DNA from: an uncultured archaeon
GTDB taxonomy: Archaea; Iainarchaeota; Iainarchaeia; Iainarchaeales; DATDZZ01
Length of the DNA: 32,000 bases
Assembly (NCBI GenBank): GCA_964373795.1
Contig: CAYJVY010000004.1
Location: forward strand, 1 to 32,000
Direction: 5' to 3'
Part shown: positions 31,637-32,000 of the stretch, one piece after another
Layout of the letters: each line of letters starts with the position of its first letter
Numbering within the stretch: the first letter of the stretch is position 1
Made by a program: the position numbers and the translations under genes
Notes under the pieces: model-generated
Told to the model about the DNA's origin: nothing
The model's database searches: none
Seen by the model: only the letters and a program-made list of their open reading frames with translations

Positions 31637-32000
31637 TCTCTTAATTCATTTAACACTAATTCTTTTGAAATCTTTAAAGAAATCATTCGAGTTTTTCCTC
31701 TCAAGTTTTCATTTAAATCAGCTGAAACCAGGTTTAAAGTATTAAGTCTTGAAATCAAATCCCTTAAACGGCGTTCAGTTAATTGTTGTTTTGACAACTT
31801 GTTAAATTTCATGTATAACTCGCCTGCAGAAATTGGTTTGAATTCTTGTGAAAGAATTTTCAGTAAAAGTTTTTCTGAATCACTTAAATGTTTTAAAAAT
31901 TTTTTTGCAGGAATGAAATCAATTACTTCAAATGCTTTTCTTAAATGCTGTAATGAAACTTTTTCAGAGTTTTCTTTTTCCGCTAAACGCCCGGCCTTTA
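31633..32000 (-). CDS. cdc6: Orc1/Cdc6 replication initiator, C-terminal winged-helix part (5' end outside the window)
   Basis: The reverse-strand frame is open from the window edge: ...VSLQHLRKAFEVID...LSDSEKLLLKILSQEF.PISAGELYMKFNKLSKQQLTERRLRDLISRLNTLNLVSADLNENLRGKTRMISL, the typical Cdc6 C-terminal WH domain. Not in the ORF track because it has no start within the window. Its stop overlaps the Lrp stop. Confidence 0.8.
   Translation of the reverse strand, partial: KAGRLAEKENSEKVSLQHLRKAFEVIDFIPAKKFLKHLSDSEKLLLKILSQEFKPISAGELYMKFNKLSKQQLTERRLRDLISRLNTLNLVSADLNENLRGKTRMISLKISKELVLNELRD

Overview
Visibly AT-rich archaeal chromosomal segment, with gene content typical of a small-genome, DPANN-like archaeon (lineage is inference). 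Most ORFs are tightly packed and preceded by GGTGA/AAGTGA-type ribosome-binding motifs.

Housekeeping genes I can recognise:
- Replication and RNA processing: PCNA, the Csl4 / RpoL / DUF99 cluster, RFC large subunit, and a partial Orc1/Cdc6 at the right edge.
- Proteolysis and RNA maturation: LonB carrying a 496-aa LAGLIDADG intein, RNase Z, archaeal signal peptidase.
- Other: SPFH/stomatin, DUF373, malic enzyme, Lrp/AsnC, and pheS and pheT.

Accessory or odd content:
1. Three small basic ORFs (two are paralogs) are wedged between pheS and pheT.
2. A RelE-like toxin/antitoxin pair has a perfect 11-bp inverted repeat at its promoter.
3. A decayed HicA/HicB module sits next to an MgtC gene. HicB and MgtC each carry one in-frame TGA exactly on a family-conserved glycine.
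4. There are two copies of a pairing: an HTH_10 (Bat-type) regulator plus a ~490-aa protein whose only recognisable part is a C-terminal PEP-utilizer swivel phosphohistidine domain.
5. Two short GC-rich islands lie in otherwise AT-rich spacers. One is a 202-nt array of about 10 mini-hairpins. The other is a ~67-nt element that can fold as a K-turn.
6. A PIN toxin gene is frameshifted, and there is a cluster of small paralogous membrane proteins.

I could not recognise any rRNA, tRNA, CRISPR array, transposase or integrase. All functional calls come from motif recognition by eye; no searches were run.
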